From the IMG/VR virus record IMGVR_UViG_3300013936_000002, positions 1 through 64,000 of that record: a stretch of DNA of 64,000 nucleotides. The stretch is one strand, 5' to 3'. Positions 1 to 9,433 of the stretch are shown here, piece after piece. The stretch's first letter is position 1; the number at the start of each line of letters is the position of its first letter. This DNA is from a virus. Taxonomy: Duplodnaviria; Caudoviricetes. Below the pieces are notes generated by a model. The model saw only the letters and a program-made list of their open reading frames with translations. It made no database searches and was not told the origin of the DNA. Made by a program: the position numbers and the translations under genes.

Positions 1-933
1 AACAAAATATATTTAGGAGATGCTTACGAATTAATCAAACAAATTCCTGATAAAAGTATTGACTTAATTGTTACTGACCCACCTTATGAGTTTGTACCTG
101 GTGGAAATGGTCATAGTGAATTAGGACAACGAAAAATTGCATCTAAAGATGAAATTTACAATCTTGATACAAATAGAACTAAACAAAATATCGTTACAGG
201 TGGTGGTTGTTTTAGAACAAAGCAAAGAGATTATTATAGTGAATTTTCTGAAACTGATGTATCTAAACAAAGGCAAGAATATTTAGATTATGTTGCTAAA
301 CATGGCAAAGATGAAGAAAGCGAAAGATTAAGAATAATTGCTAATAGAATTGATAACAATAATAATATTAGATTTATTTCAGAAGGAATATCTAATGAGA
401 TTTTAAAAGAATTTGTTAGAGTTATGAAAAAAGGTAATATTTATATCTTTTGTAATAAAAATCAATTGAGACAATACTTTGATTTCTTTGGAGATTTAGG
501 TTGGAATTTAGATTTACTTGTATGGAATAAGACAAATTGTATTCCAACAATTAATAATACATATTTAGCAAATTTAGAATACTGCGTATTTGCTAGAGAA
601 AGTGGAGCTCCATTATATGGAAGTTATGAAACAAAATCTAAATGTTATACATCATCTTGCAACAAGAAAGACAAAGATTTATTTTTACATCCAACAATTA
701 AACCTTTACCATTTATTAAAAACTTAATTATTAATTCTTCACAAGAAAATCAAGTAGTATTAGATCCATTTATGGGCAGTGGAACAACTGCAGTAGCTTG
801 TAAAGAACTTAATAGACAATTTATAGGTTTTGAATTAAATCCAAAGTTTTATGAAATTGCAAACGATAGATTAAATGATGTAACTCAAGTTGACAAGAAA
901 AAAGAACAAGAAGGTTATATGAAATTATTTTAA
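1..933 (+). CDS. DNA adenine/N4-cytosine methyltransferase, beta class (5'-partial; ORF is open from base 1, not 424)
   Basis: Frame 1 is open from base 1: NKIYLGDAYELIKQIPDKSIDLIVTDPPY (motif IV), later HPTIKP and VLDPFMGSGTT (motif I) and FIGFELN; DPPY-before-FxGxG order is the beta class. Confidence 0.92.
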   Translation, partial: NKIYLGDAYELIKQIPDKSIDLIVTDPPYEFVPGGNGHSELGQRKIASKDEIYNLDTNRTKQNIVTGGGCFRTKQRDYYSEFSETDVSKQRQEYLDYVAKHGKDEESERLRIIANRIDNNNNIRFISEGISNEILKEFVRVMKKGNIYIFCNKNQLRQYFDFFGDLGWNLDLLVWNKTNCIPTINNTYLANLEYCVFARESGAPLYGSYETKSKCYTSSCNKKDKDLFLHPTIKPLPFIKNLIINSSQENQVVLDPFMGSGTTAVACKELNRQFIGFELNPKFYEIANDRLNDVTQVDKKKEQEGYMKLF

Positions 934-943
934 AGGAGTATAT

Positions 944-1192
944 ATGGAAGTATATGGAATTATTATGACAATTATTAATGAAGATATTGAAAAAATTAAA
1001 CCTTATGTTCATTGTGTAAAAACATCTACTAATTTTAAAGAATTATCTAATGTATTAAAAATTATGTATGATAATAATAAACAAATTTATAATGAATATC
1101 ATTTGCCAACAGGTGATATTTATAAATTAGAATTTAAAGAAATTAATCCTGACCATGAAATGGTAGTTTATGAAATATTTAAATTGTATTAA
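944..1192 (+). CDS. hypothetical protein
   Basis: 82-aa ORF with AAGGAG RBS upstream. Confidence 0.65.
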   Translation: MEVYGIIMTIINEDIEKIKPYVHCVKTSTNFKELSNVLKIMYDNNKQIYNEYHLPTGDIYKLEFKEINPDHEMVVYEIFKLY

Positions 1193-1208
1193 GAAAGGAA
1201 GTGATAAA

Positions 1209-1724
1209 ATGAAAATCGATTTTGTAACCTGTCCAAAATGTGATTCAACAAATGTTGTTGTTATGGAAAAAATAACTTATATTCATCCAAGAAATTTAAA
1301 CAAATTAAGAAGTAAAACTATGACTTTAAAAGTAGAAAATTTATTAATTGAGCCAATATCATTATGTTGTAGAGATTGTAATTGGAAATTATCTAATAGT
1401 AATGAATTTAATTGTGGAAATATATTAAATAATTTAATGTATATAGAAGGCTCTTATTATGACCCACAATATAGATACCAAATTAAGCCATCATTTTTTA
1501 ATCCGACATTTAGATTAGCAGTTAAAATAACTTCTAAAGAAGAATTTGAGAAAGTTAAGCATTTTTTAAACTTTACTAACTCAAATATAACTACATTTGA
1601 TAATAAAGATTTTGAACATGATGTAATATTTACTTATGATAATTTACTATTAAATGAAGATAAAACAAAATATGATGTAATAAATTTTGAACAATTTATA
1701 AAGCATTGTATTTCAAAATTTTAA
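1209..1724 (+). CDS. hypothetical protein with CxxC...CxxC zinc-binding motif
   Basis: AAGGAAG RBS precedes ATG 1209 (track start 1170 is probably too long); CPKC and CRDC motifs. Confidence 0.65.
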   Translation: MKIDFVTCPKCDSTNVVVMEKITYIHPRNLNKLRSKTMTLKVENLLIEPISLCCRDCNWKLSNSNEFNCGNILNNLMYIEGSYYDPQYRYQIKPSFFNPTFRLAVKITSKEEFEKVKHFLNFTNSNITTFDNKDFEHDVIFTYDNLLLNEDKTKYDVINFEQFIKHCISKF

Positions 1725-1742
1725 AAGAAAGGAAAATAACAG

Positions 1743-3500
1743 ATGGCAAATAATGGTTTATCAGTATCGGAAAAAATACAAAAACTTGCTACTAAAGTTA
1801 ATACTGATGCTTTAATTGATAGATCATTAGTTGATTGGAGACCTATTTTATCAAAAGAATGTCAAGTTTATGTATGTGGTGAAAATTACATAGCAAAACG
1901 ATTTGACCAAATACATTATCAATTTTGTGATAAAGATACTGCAAAAGATATATTAGTTGATAATTTGTACGCATTATTAAGATTTAATTATTTTCAAACA
2001 ATTACTGATGATGTTGATGATAGAATTGAAGAAATTATTAAATATTTTACTAGAAACTTAAAATCAACATTAATCAAAGTATCATTTGATGAAGATAGTG
2101 ATAGCACAGTAATTAGATTTTTACCGAATGGTTGTGTTGCTTTTAGAAATGGAGTATTTAATTTTAAAACTAATAATTGGTTATTTAAATATCAAATAAC
2201 TAAAATTCCAAGTTTAACTAATACTATATATCTATATGATCCAACTTATGCGATTATGTGGTATGTTAATATAGATTTTGAGCCTTTAGATGTTGATATT
2301 AACGAAACATCTTTAAAAGACTTTTTATCTATTATGACTGAAATTGATAAAGCAAATAGACTTGAAAATGAAGAAAACAAAAACTATTGTTTAGAATTAA
2401 TGTGGAATATGGCTCATGATTCTAATGATACATTCTCATTTGATAGATTTAATCATTTATGCGAAGTATTAGGATATGCTTGTTTACAATCATTTTCTCA
2501 ATTATTTGTACTATTTATTGGTGCAGGTCAAAATGGTAAGAACTCATTGTTTGATGGTTGTTTCTCACATAAAGTAGTTCCAACACCAACTAATAATAGT
2601 TTAGATGCTTTAGAAAATGATAGATTTATTACAGGAACACTTGAAAATAAATCTCATAATATTTTCTTAGAAACATCTGCAAAAACTTATACCGATTCTC
2701 AAATGTTAAAATTATTAACTGGGTCTATGTATCAAACAATTGAAAATAAAGGCTCACCTAAGCGTTCAGGAATTATTAATTGTAAATATATTTGGTCAGG
2801 AAATGACCAAGATAAAGTTAAGTTTTCCGATACAACTCCTGGTTTTAGAAGAAGAATTAATATTATTGAAATCTTTTATCAATGGGATAAAGAAAAGCAT
2901 TACATGGCAAATAACCCTGACTATTATGATATTAGTTATTCAGATGATTTAAACGAATTAAAAAGAGATAATACAAATATTATTAGTTTTATTTATTTTG
3001 CAATGTATGGTATTTTATCAGCAACTAAGAATTTTCAAAAGAACTTCCAATTTACATCTAATGACTGGAAATTAAAATATAGTGATATTGATTTTGAATT
3101 AAAAGATGTTATAGAAAGTATTAACAATGAAAAATTATATAACTACTTAAAGAATCCAATAAACAAAAACTCAAATAAATATATATTGTTTGATTTAACT
3201 AAAAAAGTATTACATGAATCTTATACTATGAAAGAATTTGGAATTAATAATTATACTGATATGTTAGAAATATTTAAAAATGATGAAGATTTTACAAGTT
3301 ATTTTTCAGAAAATGATATATATATAACAAGAGAGGGTTTACAATATTTATGTGGTAGGTCTCAAGAATCATCTACTACATTTACTGATAAAATTAAAAA
3401 ATTATATGGTTTATCAAAAAAATTACAAACTGTTTCATCAAATAAATCAGTATTTAAAGTAAGATTTAGAAACAACAAAATGATTATATTAGGAGATTGA
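1743..3500 (+). CDS. SF3 (D5/DUF5906-like) replicative helicase without primase domain
   Basis: CVAFRNGVFNF D5-N-like motif, Walker A GAGQNGKN, motif C CKYIWSGN, arginine finger GFRRRINII. Confidence 0.8.
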   Translation: MANNGLSVSEKIQKLATKVNTDALIDRSLVDWRPILSKECQVYVCGENYIAKRFDQIHYQFCDKDTAKDILVDNLYALLRFNYFQTITDDVDDRIEEIIKYFTRNLKSTLIKVSFDEDSDSTVIRFLPNGCVAFRNGVFNFKTNNWLFKYQITKIPSLTNTIYLYDPTYAIMWYVNIDFEPLDVDINETSLKDFLSIMTEIDKANRLENEENKNYCLELMWNMAHDSNDTFSFDRFNHLCEVLGYACLQSFSQLFVLFIGAGQNGKNSLFDGCFSHKVVPTPTNNSLDALENDRFITGTLENKSHNIFLETSAKTYTDSQMLKLLTGSMYQTIENKGSPKRSGIINCKYIWSGNDQDKVKFSDTTPGFRRRINIIEIFYQWDKEKHYMANNPDYYDISYSDDLNELKRDNTNIISFIYFAMYGILSATKNFQKNFQFTSNDWKLKYSDIDFELKDVIESINNEKLYNYLKNPINKNSNKYILFDLTKKVLHESYTMKEFGINNYTDMLEIFKNDEDFTSYFSENDIYITREGLQYLCGRSQESSTTFTDKIKKLYGLSKKLQTVSSNKSVFKVRFRNNKMIILGD

Positions 3501-3504
3501 TAGT

Positions 3505-3951
3505 ATGAAAAAAAGCACAAAAATTTTATTTTCAATAATGTATTGGATTGTATCATTAACATGGGGAGCATTATTAACTTATATTGGTTTATTAATAACA
3601 TTAATATTAATTATTAGTGGAAAAAAAGTACATAGAAATGGGTGTAGTTATATTGTTGAAGTAGGTGGAAACTGGGGTGGTTTAGAATTAGGAGCCGTTG
3701 CATTATGTGGTAATTACTCACAAACTGATCCAACATGGTTTCAACATACTAGAAGGCATGAGTTTGGTCATGGTATACAACAATTAATATTTGGACCATT
3801 TCAAATTTTCTTAGTGTCAATTCCATCAGCTATAAGATATTGGTATAGAAGATTAACATCTAACAAGAAACATAAAGATTATGATGCTATTTGGTTTGAA
3901 GGAACAGCTACTAAATGGGGAACACACTTTATTAACAAGTTTGAATTTTAA
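3505..3951 (+). CDS. membrane protein with HExxH metallopeptidase-like motif
   Basis: Hydrophobic N-terminal helices, RRHEFGHGIQ, downstream WFEGTAT. Confidence 0.65.
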   Translation: MKKSTKILFSIMYWIVSLTWGALLTYIGLLITLILIISGKKVHRNGCSYIVEVGGNWGGLELGAVALCGNYSQTDPTWFQHTRRHEFGHGIQQLIFGPFQIFLVSIPSAIRYWYRRLTSNKKHKDYDAIWFEGTATKWGTHFINKFEF

Positions 3952-3974
3952 TAATATTAAGGAGAGATTATATT

Positions 3975-4736
3975 ATGAAAAAGAAAGAAGTTCCAAAAGT
4001 AGTAGTTCAAGCTGAACCAATAATACCAGTAAAAGAAACTGAAGTATTAGGTGAGGATTATGAACGAATGTTAAATCTTGATCCTAAATATTCTTTACAA
4101 GTAGATCCAACTAATATTTATTATTTAACAGATGAACAAAAGTCGTTTATTCAAGTTTATTCTCAAATTAAAGATTTAGAAGAGACTTGTGATATTATAG
4201 GAATTGATACTGATTTAGGTAAAAGATATTTAAATAGCTTTGCTGCACAACAAGAATTAAGAAGAATAGCTATGGCTCAAGTACATAGACAATTCGCTTG
4301 TAGAATGGCGACTCTTGATGAAATAGGTGGTTATTTAACAAGTTTGATAATTGACTATAATGTTCCAAAAAAAGATAGATTAAAAAATTATGAAAAAATA
4401 AAAGCAGCTAAATTATTAGTTGATATAAACAATTTAAAGCAAAATATAATAGCAAATCCAACATTAGCAAATAATGTAATTGATGTAGAAAGTGAAGTTA
4501 AAGATTTTGATATAAAATCTATAAAAAAATTAATTGAAGCAACAAAAAATGAAAAAGTAATGCAACAAAAAATTACAGATAAAGAAACAATCATTAATGA
4601 ACTAAATAAAGATAATTCGTTAACACCTGAAGATATTAATTATTTAAATACTTTAAGTGTTGATACACTTATGAGAATGGTTGAAGAGATAAATAATGAT
4701 AATGATTTAAAAGGAGATAATTATGAACAAAATTAA
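3975..4736 (+). CDS. probable terminase small subunit
   Basis: LTDEQKSFIQVY HTH-like start, ATLDEIGGYLTSLI and KIKAAKLL segments resemble the TerS pattern. Confidence 0.55.
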   Translation: MKKKEVPKVVVQAEPIIPVKETEVLGEDYERMLNLDPKYSLQVDPTNIYYLTDEQKSFIQVYSQIKDLEETCDIIGIDTDLGKRYLNSFAAQQELRRIAMAQVHRQFACRMATLDEIGGYLTSLIIDYNVPKKDRLKNYEKIKAAKLLVDINNLKQNIIANPTLANNVIDVESEVKDFDIKSIKKLIEATKNEKVMQQKITDKETIINELNKDNSLTPEDINYLNTLSVDTLMRMVEEINNDNDLKGDNYEQN

Positions 4737-4914
4737 CGAAAGACCATTTAAATTAATAGGAACAACTTATGATGATTATAAAAAATATTGCAATAAGTAT
4801 AAATATAAATTGTATACACAAACATCTAAAATTGAATTTTTTTCTAAAGTAAAGCAAGGAATTATTACTAAGACAAAAGATGGAAGATTATTAGAAAATG
4901 GAAAGGAAATTTAA
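4723..4914 (+). CDS. hypothetical protein
   Basis: 63-aa ORF, AAAGGAG RBS. Confidence 0.6.
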   Translation: MNKINERPFKLIGTTYDDYKKYCNKYKYKLYTQTSKIEFFSKVKQGIITKTKDGRLLENGKEI

Positions 4915-4917
4915 ATT

Positions 4918-5106
4918 ATGCAAAAAATAGTTATGAAAATTTATGTAAAGAATAAAAGGAGACCATTATGTATTATAGATGTTGAATCTCAAGAAACATT
5001 TGATAATTTATATGAAATGTTAAACAATGGAGATCAAGTTGTTAAATTTGGTCAAATCATCTTTGCATCAAGTGAATTTAGATATGCAACTATTGAATAC
5101 AAATAA
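4918..5106 (+). CDS. hypothetical protein
   Basis: 62-aa ORF, AAGGA RBS, followed by terminator. Confidence 0.6.
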   Translation: MQKIVMKIYVKNKRRPLCIIDVESQETFDNLYEMLNNGDQVVKFGQIIFASSEFRYATIEYK

Positions 5107-5131
5107 AAGACTAGTTTATTCTAGTTTTTTT
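5106..5131 (+). terminator. intrinsic terminator
   Basis: AAAAGACTAG-TTTATT-CTAGTTTTTT hairpin with U-tract. Confidence 0.65.
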
Positions 5132-5132
5132 A

Positions 5133-5161
5133 TTTACATTTATTTTATTTTATTTTATAAT
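5133..5161 (+). promoter_or_regulatory. sigma70-type promoter driving a short non-coding transcript
   Basis: TTTACA-17 bp-TATAAT. Confidence 0.6.
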
Positions 5162-5210
5162 AAAAGTAGGTAGAAAATACCTATCATTATCTGTTATTTT
5201 TTCAATTTGC

Positions 5211-5250
5211 AATAAAAAGTACTATTTATTAAATAGTGCTTTTTATTTTA
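5211..5250 (+). terminator. intrinsic terminator
   Basis: AATAAAAAGTACTATTT-ATT-AAATAGTGCTTTTTATT hairpin. Confidence 0.65.
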
Positions 5251-5258
5251 AAAAACTA

Positions 5259-5287
5259 TTTACATTTAATTAGTTATAAGGTATAAT
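5259..5287 (+). promoter_or_regulatory. phage consensus promoter
   Basis: AAAAACTA-TTTACA-17 bp-TATAAT. Confidence 0.75.
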
Positions 5288-5311
5288 TTTTTATAGAAAG
5301 GAGAAAAAATA

Positions 5312-6247
5312 ATGGATTATAAAATTTCAAAAATAAATAAGATAAAACCAACAATCAAAAATGGATTAAAATACATTTATTTAAATGATAGTAATATGTT
5401 TTTAATTAATGATGGATCGAGTGAGTTCTCAAGATTAATGACATATTATAAAAATGGTTTTGCTATTATATCAGCAAGTAGGCATGAAAATTCAGAATTA
5501 TATAATAAAAAATATACTGAAGAATTAGAAAAATATGTTGCTGGTATTGGTCTTGGTTATAGAAAAATGTTAGGTGGTTATCCTGAAGAAAAACAAGATG
5601 GTGATACTGTTCAAGTAGAAGAAATATCAATAGCTTTTCCTTATGACAAAAATAGAATGAGTGAACAAGATTTTTTTAATATTGCAATTAATTTATGTGA
5701 TAAATTTGAACAAGATAGTGTTTTAATATGTTTACCAACATTAACTAATGGTTATCCAACTTATTTTGATAGAAACGGAAATAAAGTAATGGAATTTAAA
5801 AGTGTTAGATTATCCGTTCCAGCTGATGAATATTACTCTAAACCAAATAAAGCACCAAAATTCACTTTTGATTCAATAGATTATCTTAATAAAAAATATT
5901 TTGGTAAGCAAATGCCTTCAAATATTTCTATAAAATATAAAGAAAATTTTGATGTTGTAACTGGTTGTCATTTAGCAAAAGATACTTTACCTTATAAAAA
6001 AGAGTTTGCACAATATACAAAATTAATAAAAGATACTATTAAGAAAAAAGGTGATGTTTCAAAATATGAAATCTCACAATTATTAACTGAACCAAAAAAT
6101 CCACATTTTAATCTAAGATATTATGATTCTAATAATAATTTTAATAAATCAAAACTTATTGAAGATATTGTTAAACAAGATAAATATTTGGATTTTAAAG
6201 ATGGTAAAATTACACTTTATAATTTTCCAAAAGAAATTTATAAATAA
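5312..6247 (+). CDS. modular protein with DUF3293-like domain
   Basis: FAIISASR...GYRKMLGGYPE...VEE...DKFEQDSVL resembles DUF3293; flanked by ND-S/ND-G and FD-S motifs. Confidence 0.55.
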   Translation: MDYKISKINKIKPTIKNGLKYIYLNDSNMFLINDGSSEFSRLMTYYKNGFAIISASRHENSELYNKKYTEELEKYVAGIGLGYRKMLGGYPEEKQDGDTVQVEEISIAFPYDKNRMSEQDFFNIAINLCDKFEQDSVLICLPTLTNGYPTYFDRNGNKVMEFKSVRLSVPADEYYSKPNKAPKFTFDSIDYLNKKYFGKQMPSNISIKYKENFDVVTGCHLAKDTLPYKKEFAQYTKLIKDTIKKKGDVSKYEISQLLTEPKNPHFNLRYYDSNNNFNKSKLIEDIVKQDKYLDFKDGKITLYNFPKEIYK

Positions 6248-6261
6248 TTATTAAAAAACTA

Positions 6262-6290
6262 TTTACATTTAGATAAAATAGTGATAATAT
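6262..6290 (+). promoter_or_regulatory. phage consensus promoter of the replication operon
   Basis: AAAAACTA-TTTACA-17 bp-TATAAT. Confidence 0.8.
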
Positions 6291-6316
6291 AAAATCACAA
6301 AGGAGAGATAACAAAG

Positions 6317-7498
6317 ATGATTAATTTAAGTCATAGTAAATTAAATACTATTATGACATGTCCAATGTCCTATTATTTAAATTATGAACAAGGCATTAGC
6401 TTAAAGCAACCAAAATCATCTTTTGCATTAGGTAGTGCCGTTCACTGGGGTATTGAGCATAACACTGAAGATTTAACTGAATATTGGAATAAAGACTTTA
6501 GAACTAAAGATAATTATACCAAAGAGCAGTTATTAGCCGAAGCTATGGTTCATGGATATTTAAAACAAAAAGATAGTCTTTTTAATGAAATATTAACTGA
6601 TCCAGAGACAGGTGAAAAATTAGAGATTTTAGATGAAATACATGAACTTGCTTTAGAAGAAGTTTTACCATCTAAAAGATATGAGGGAGGATATAATTTT
6701 GTTGGAATAATAGACTTATTATTATTAACTAATAAAGGGTTTATTATTATCGATTATAAAACATCTTCTACCGTTCCAGAATGGGATAAGTATTTAGACC
6801 AAATTTATAGATATGAATATTTATTATTTAAAAAATTTCCTGAAGAACCTATTGTTGGAGTTGGAATTATCAATTTAAGAAAAGCAGCAATTAGACAAAA
6901 AAATAACGAAAATGAAATTGATTTCTTAAATAGATTAAAATTTGAATATGAATTAAACGAAGCAAATTATATTAGTTCTCACATGTTTAGGTCAAGAGAT
7001 ATTGATATGAACTTGCTTAACAAATATATCGAAAACTTAAGATTAGAAGCCGATACAGCACAAACTATTGTTGACAATAAGATGTACTTTATTAATTACT
7101 CAAATGCAATTAATATGTATGGAAAGTCAGATTATTATGATATTTTCTATCATACACCTGAAGCATATAAACTTTATAAAATTAGAGATTTAATATGGGA
7201 TAACTCATTAGAAGAGTTTAGAAATGATAGAGATTGCAATGAATTAGATATGCAAACGATTGATTTTACAAAAAAGATTTTAAATCATTATAAAGATTTC
7301 TTAGAATTAACAAATGAGTTTTTAGAAAAAGAAAATATTAATGTCTTTAATAGAGAAGAATTGTTAGCGTATGTTACAACAAGTGGATATGTTATAGATA
7401 ATGATTTATATAATCTTTATGTATCAACATATTTTAAACAAAAAGAGAACGAAGAATTAATGAAAGGAGAGATAATTAAGGAAGATGAAAAATGTTAA
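6317..7498 (+). CDS. PD-(D/E)XK (Cas4/RecB-like) exonuclease
   Basis: LSHSKLNTIMTCP, GSAVH, GIIDLL...IIDYKTS, QIYRY motifs. Confidence 0.85.
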   Translation: MINLSHSKLNTIMTCPMSYYLNYEQGISLKQPKSSFALGSAVHWGIEHNTEDLTEYWNKDFRTKDNYTKEQLLAEAMVHGYLKQKDSLFNEILTDPETGEKLEILDEIHELALEEVLPSKRYEGGYNFVGIIDLLLLTNKGFIIIDYKTSSTVPEWDKYLDQIYRYEYLLFKKFPEEPIVGVGIINLRKAAIRQKNNENEIDFLNRLKFEYELNEANYISSHMFRSRDIDMNLLNKYIENLRLEADTAQTIVDNKMYFINYSNAINMYGKSDYYDIFYHTPEAYKLYKIRDLIWDNSLEEFRNDRDCNELDMQTIDFTKKILNHYKDFLELTNEFLEKENINVFNREELLAYVTTSGYVIDNDLYNLYVSTYFKQKENEELMKGEIIKEDEKC

Positions 7499-7826
7499 AC
7501 CACTTGAACAAGAAGAACTAGATTATATCGATAAGAATTATTTATTAACTTTAAAAGATGATTATATTATCGTACAAAAAGTTGGATATAATCGAAAAGT
7601 TATGCATGATGTAAATGAATTATTTGATTTAAATACATCAAAAAGAAAGATTAGAATCACTCCAGTAGCAATTAAATATTGGATTGATAACTTTCAAAAC
7701 AAATATTCATTAGTAGCAGTGCAAAATGCAATTAATGAATTAATCGTATGTTATCAAGATGTTTCATTAGAAAACATACAAGAACACCTCGTAAATGGCT
7801 GTTTTAAAATTAAAGAAACAAATTAA
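7485..7826 (+). CDS. hypothetical protein
   Basis: 113-aa ORF overlapping the upstream gene, with RBS. Confidence 0.65.
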   Translation: MKNVKPLEQEELDYIDKNYLLTLKDDYIIVQKVGYNRKVMHDVNELFDLNTSKRKIRITPVAIKYWIDNFQNKYSLVAVQNAINELIVCYQDVSLENIQEHLVNGCFKIKETN

Positions 7827-7843
7827 GGAGAAAATAAAAGATT

Positions 7844-8869
7844 ATGAAAAAACATGTAAAAATGGTATTATATGCCGAACCAGGAGTTGGCAAATCAACA
7901 TTTGCTAGTAAAGCTCCAAACCCTTTCTTTATTACAACTGATGGAAACTTTGAATGGTTAGATTTACCTGATAAAAACCATACACAAGTCTTTGGTTGGG
8001 ATGAAGCAAAAGCGGCGTTTAAACAAATCCCTGATTGGGCTGATACAATTGTAATAGACTTAGTAGAAGATTTATTTAAATGGTGTGAACAAGAATATTG
8101 TAAGAGAAATAAACTTGAACATATTTCTAAGCAAGGTTATGGTCAAGGTTATGACACAACAAGAAATGATTTCTTTAATGAAATCTCAAAATTGTTAGGT
8201 ATGGATAAAAACATTATCTTAATTGCACATGGTATTGCTATTGTACAAAAAGATAGAAGAGGAGTTGATTTTACTAAATATGTTCCATCTCAAAGAATCC
8301 CTGATAAAGTATGGGATATGATTGAGGGTCGTGTAAGATATTTCTTAAGAGCATTTACTCAAGCTGAAGAAAATGAAGATGGTAAATTAATTAAGAAAAG
8401 ATATCTTTCAATTATACCTAAGGAAAATGAATTTGGTATTGCAAGAGGATTAGATGAAGCTAATACACCTGATGACATTGATTTAGATTGGAACACATTT
8501 ACTTCAGTAATTGGTTTAGATTTACCTACTCAACAAGTAGAAACAATTAAACAATTTGAAGTTAAACCAACACCTACTAAAGTTGTTGCTAAACCTAAAG
8601 TAGAAGTTCAACCTAAAATGGTAGCACCTAAAGTAGAAGGACCTAAAGTTGAAGAAGTTAAAGTAGAAACACCTAAAGTTGAAGTTGAAGTAAAAGTTGA
8701 AGAACCAAAAGCTCAACCAAAAGTAGAAGTAGTAAAACCTACACCTGCACCAGCTCCAGTACCTACTCCAACTACAACATCTCAACCAAGTGAAAATAGA
8801 GTATTAACTCAAGCTGAAAAAATTGCTGCTATTAAAGCAAAGTTAGCAGCACAAAGAAATAACAAATAA
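7844..8869 (+). CDS. AAA_24/Sak4-like ATPase (single-strand annealing) with P/V/E/K-rich C-terminal linker
   Basis: LYAEPGVGKST Walker A, TIVIDL Walker B, LIAH motif; next to exonuclease and SSB-like gene. Confidence 0.85.
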   Translation: MKKHVKMVLYAEPGVGKSTFASKAPNPFFITTDGNFEWLDLPDKNHTQVFGWDEAKAAFKQIPDWADTIVIDLVEDLFKWCEQEYCKRNKLEHISKQGYGQGYDTTRNDFFNEISKLLGMDKNIILIAHGIAIVQKDRRGVDFTKYVPSQRIPDKVWDMIEGRVRYFLRAFTQAEENEDGKLIKKRYLSIIPKENEFGIARGLDEANTPDDIDLDWNTFTSVIGLDLPTQQVETIKQFEVKPTPTKVVAKPKVEVQPKMVAPKVEGPKVEEVKVETPKVEVEVKVEEPKAQPKVEVVKPTPAPAPVPTPTTTSQPSENRVLTQAEKIAAIKAKLAAQRNNK

Positions 8870-8883
8870 GGAGAAATAACAAG

Positions 8884-9429
8884 ATGTTCGGTGAAGATGA
8901 AGAAATTTTTGATGTATTAGATCAAGTATTAAAAGATACTGACCTTGAAAAAATTGATGCTGATTCTAATGGTAATAGTACATCATTACCTGATGGTTAT
9001 TATTTAAGTGAAGTACTATCCGCAAAATTAACAAAAACAAAAAAAGATGGAAGTCCTATGGTTTCTATGGAATTTGTAGTTGTTGAAGATGGTTGTAATG
9101 CAGAAAAAGATGAAAATTTAAATGTTAATATTGTTGAAATTAAAGGAACAAAAAATAAACATATTTGGAAAAACTATGTTTTAACTGATACAAAAAGTGT
9201 TCAAAGATTTGTTTCAGATATGTTAAAATTTGAAGATTCAGCAACTCAACAACCATTATTAGGTAAAGAATACTTTACTAACTCATTATTATTATGTGAT
9301 GCTTTAGATTGCTTAATTGGAATGAGAATTTATATTCAAGTTTCAACAAGTGAAAAAGATGGAAAGTCAAATACTTTCAACAATCCAATTTCTTGGAAAA
9401 GAGCAGCAGCTATCGGTTTAGCAGTATAA
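8884..9429 (+). CDS. DUF669-like single-stranded DNA-binding protein
   Basis: LPDGYYLSEV...TKKDGSPMVSMEF pattern and position after the AAA_24 gene. Confidence 0.7.
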   Translation: MFGEDEEIFDVLDQVLKDTDLEKIDADSNGNSTSLPDGYYLSEVLSAKLTKTKKDGSPMVSMEFVVVEDGCNAEKDENLNVNIVEIKGTKNKHIWKNYVLTDTKSVQRFVSDMLKFEDSATQQPLLGKEYFTNSLLLCDALDCLIGMRIYIQVSTSEKDGKSNTFNNPISWKRAAAIGLAV

Positions 9430-9433
9430 TATT

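Noticed and set aside
1-89. Direct terminal repeat or circular overlap with 58675-58763
   Set aside because: Identity is limited to the two gene ends; internal sequence and downstream genes differ, so these are paralogs.
2519-2548. Inactive helicase because Walker A reads GKN instead of GK[ST]
   Set aside because: Other SF3 motifs are intact; one substitution is not enough to support a claim without an alignment.
8560-8720. CCTAAAGT(A/T)GAAG repeats as CRISPR or iterons
   Set aside because: Short, irregularly spaced and in frame with a P/K/V/E linker of the AAA_24 protein.
8522-8785. Antisense ORF and other shadow ORFs in the track (e.g. 33029-33436, 4388-4594, 9940-10173, 12627-12965, 22407-22718)
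   Set aside because: They lie opposite well-supported genes, lack an RBS and mirror low-complexity codons.
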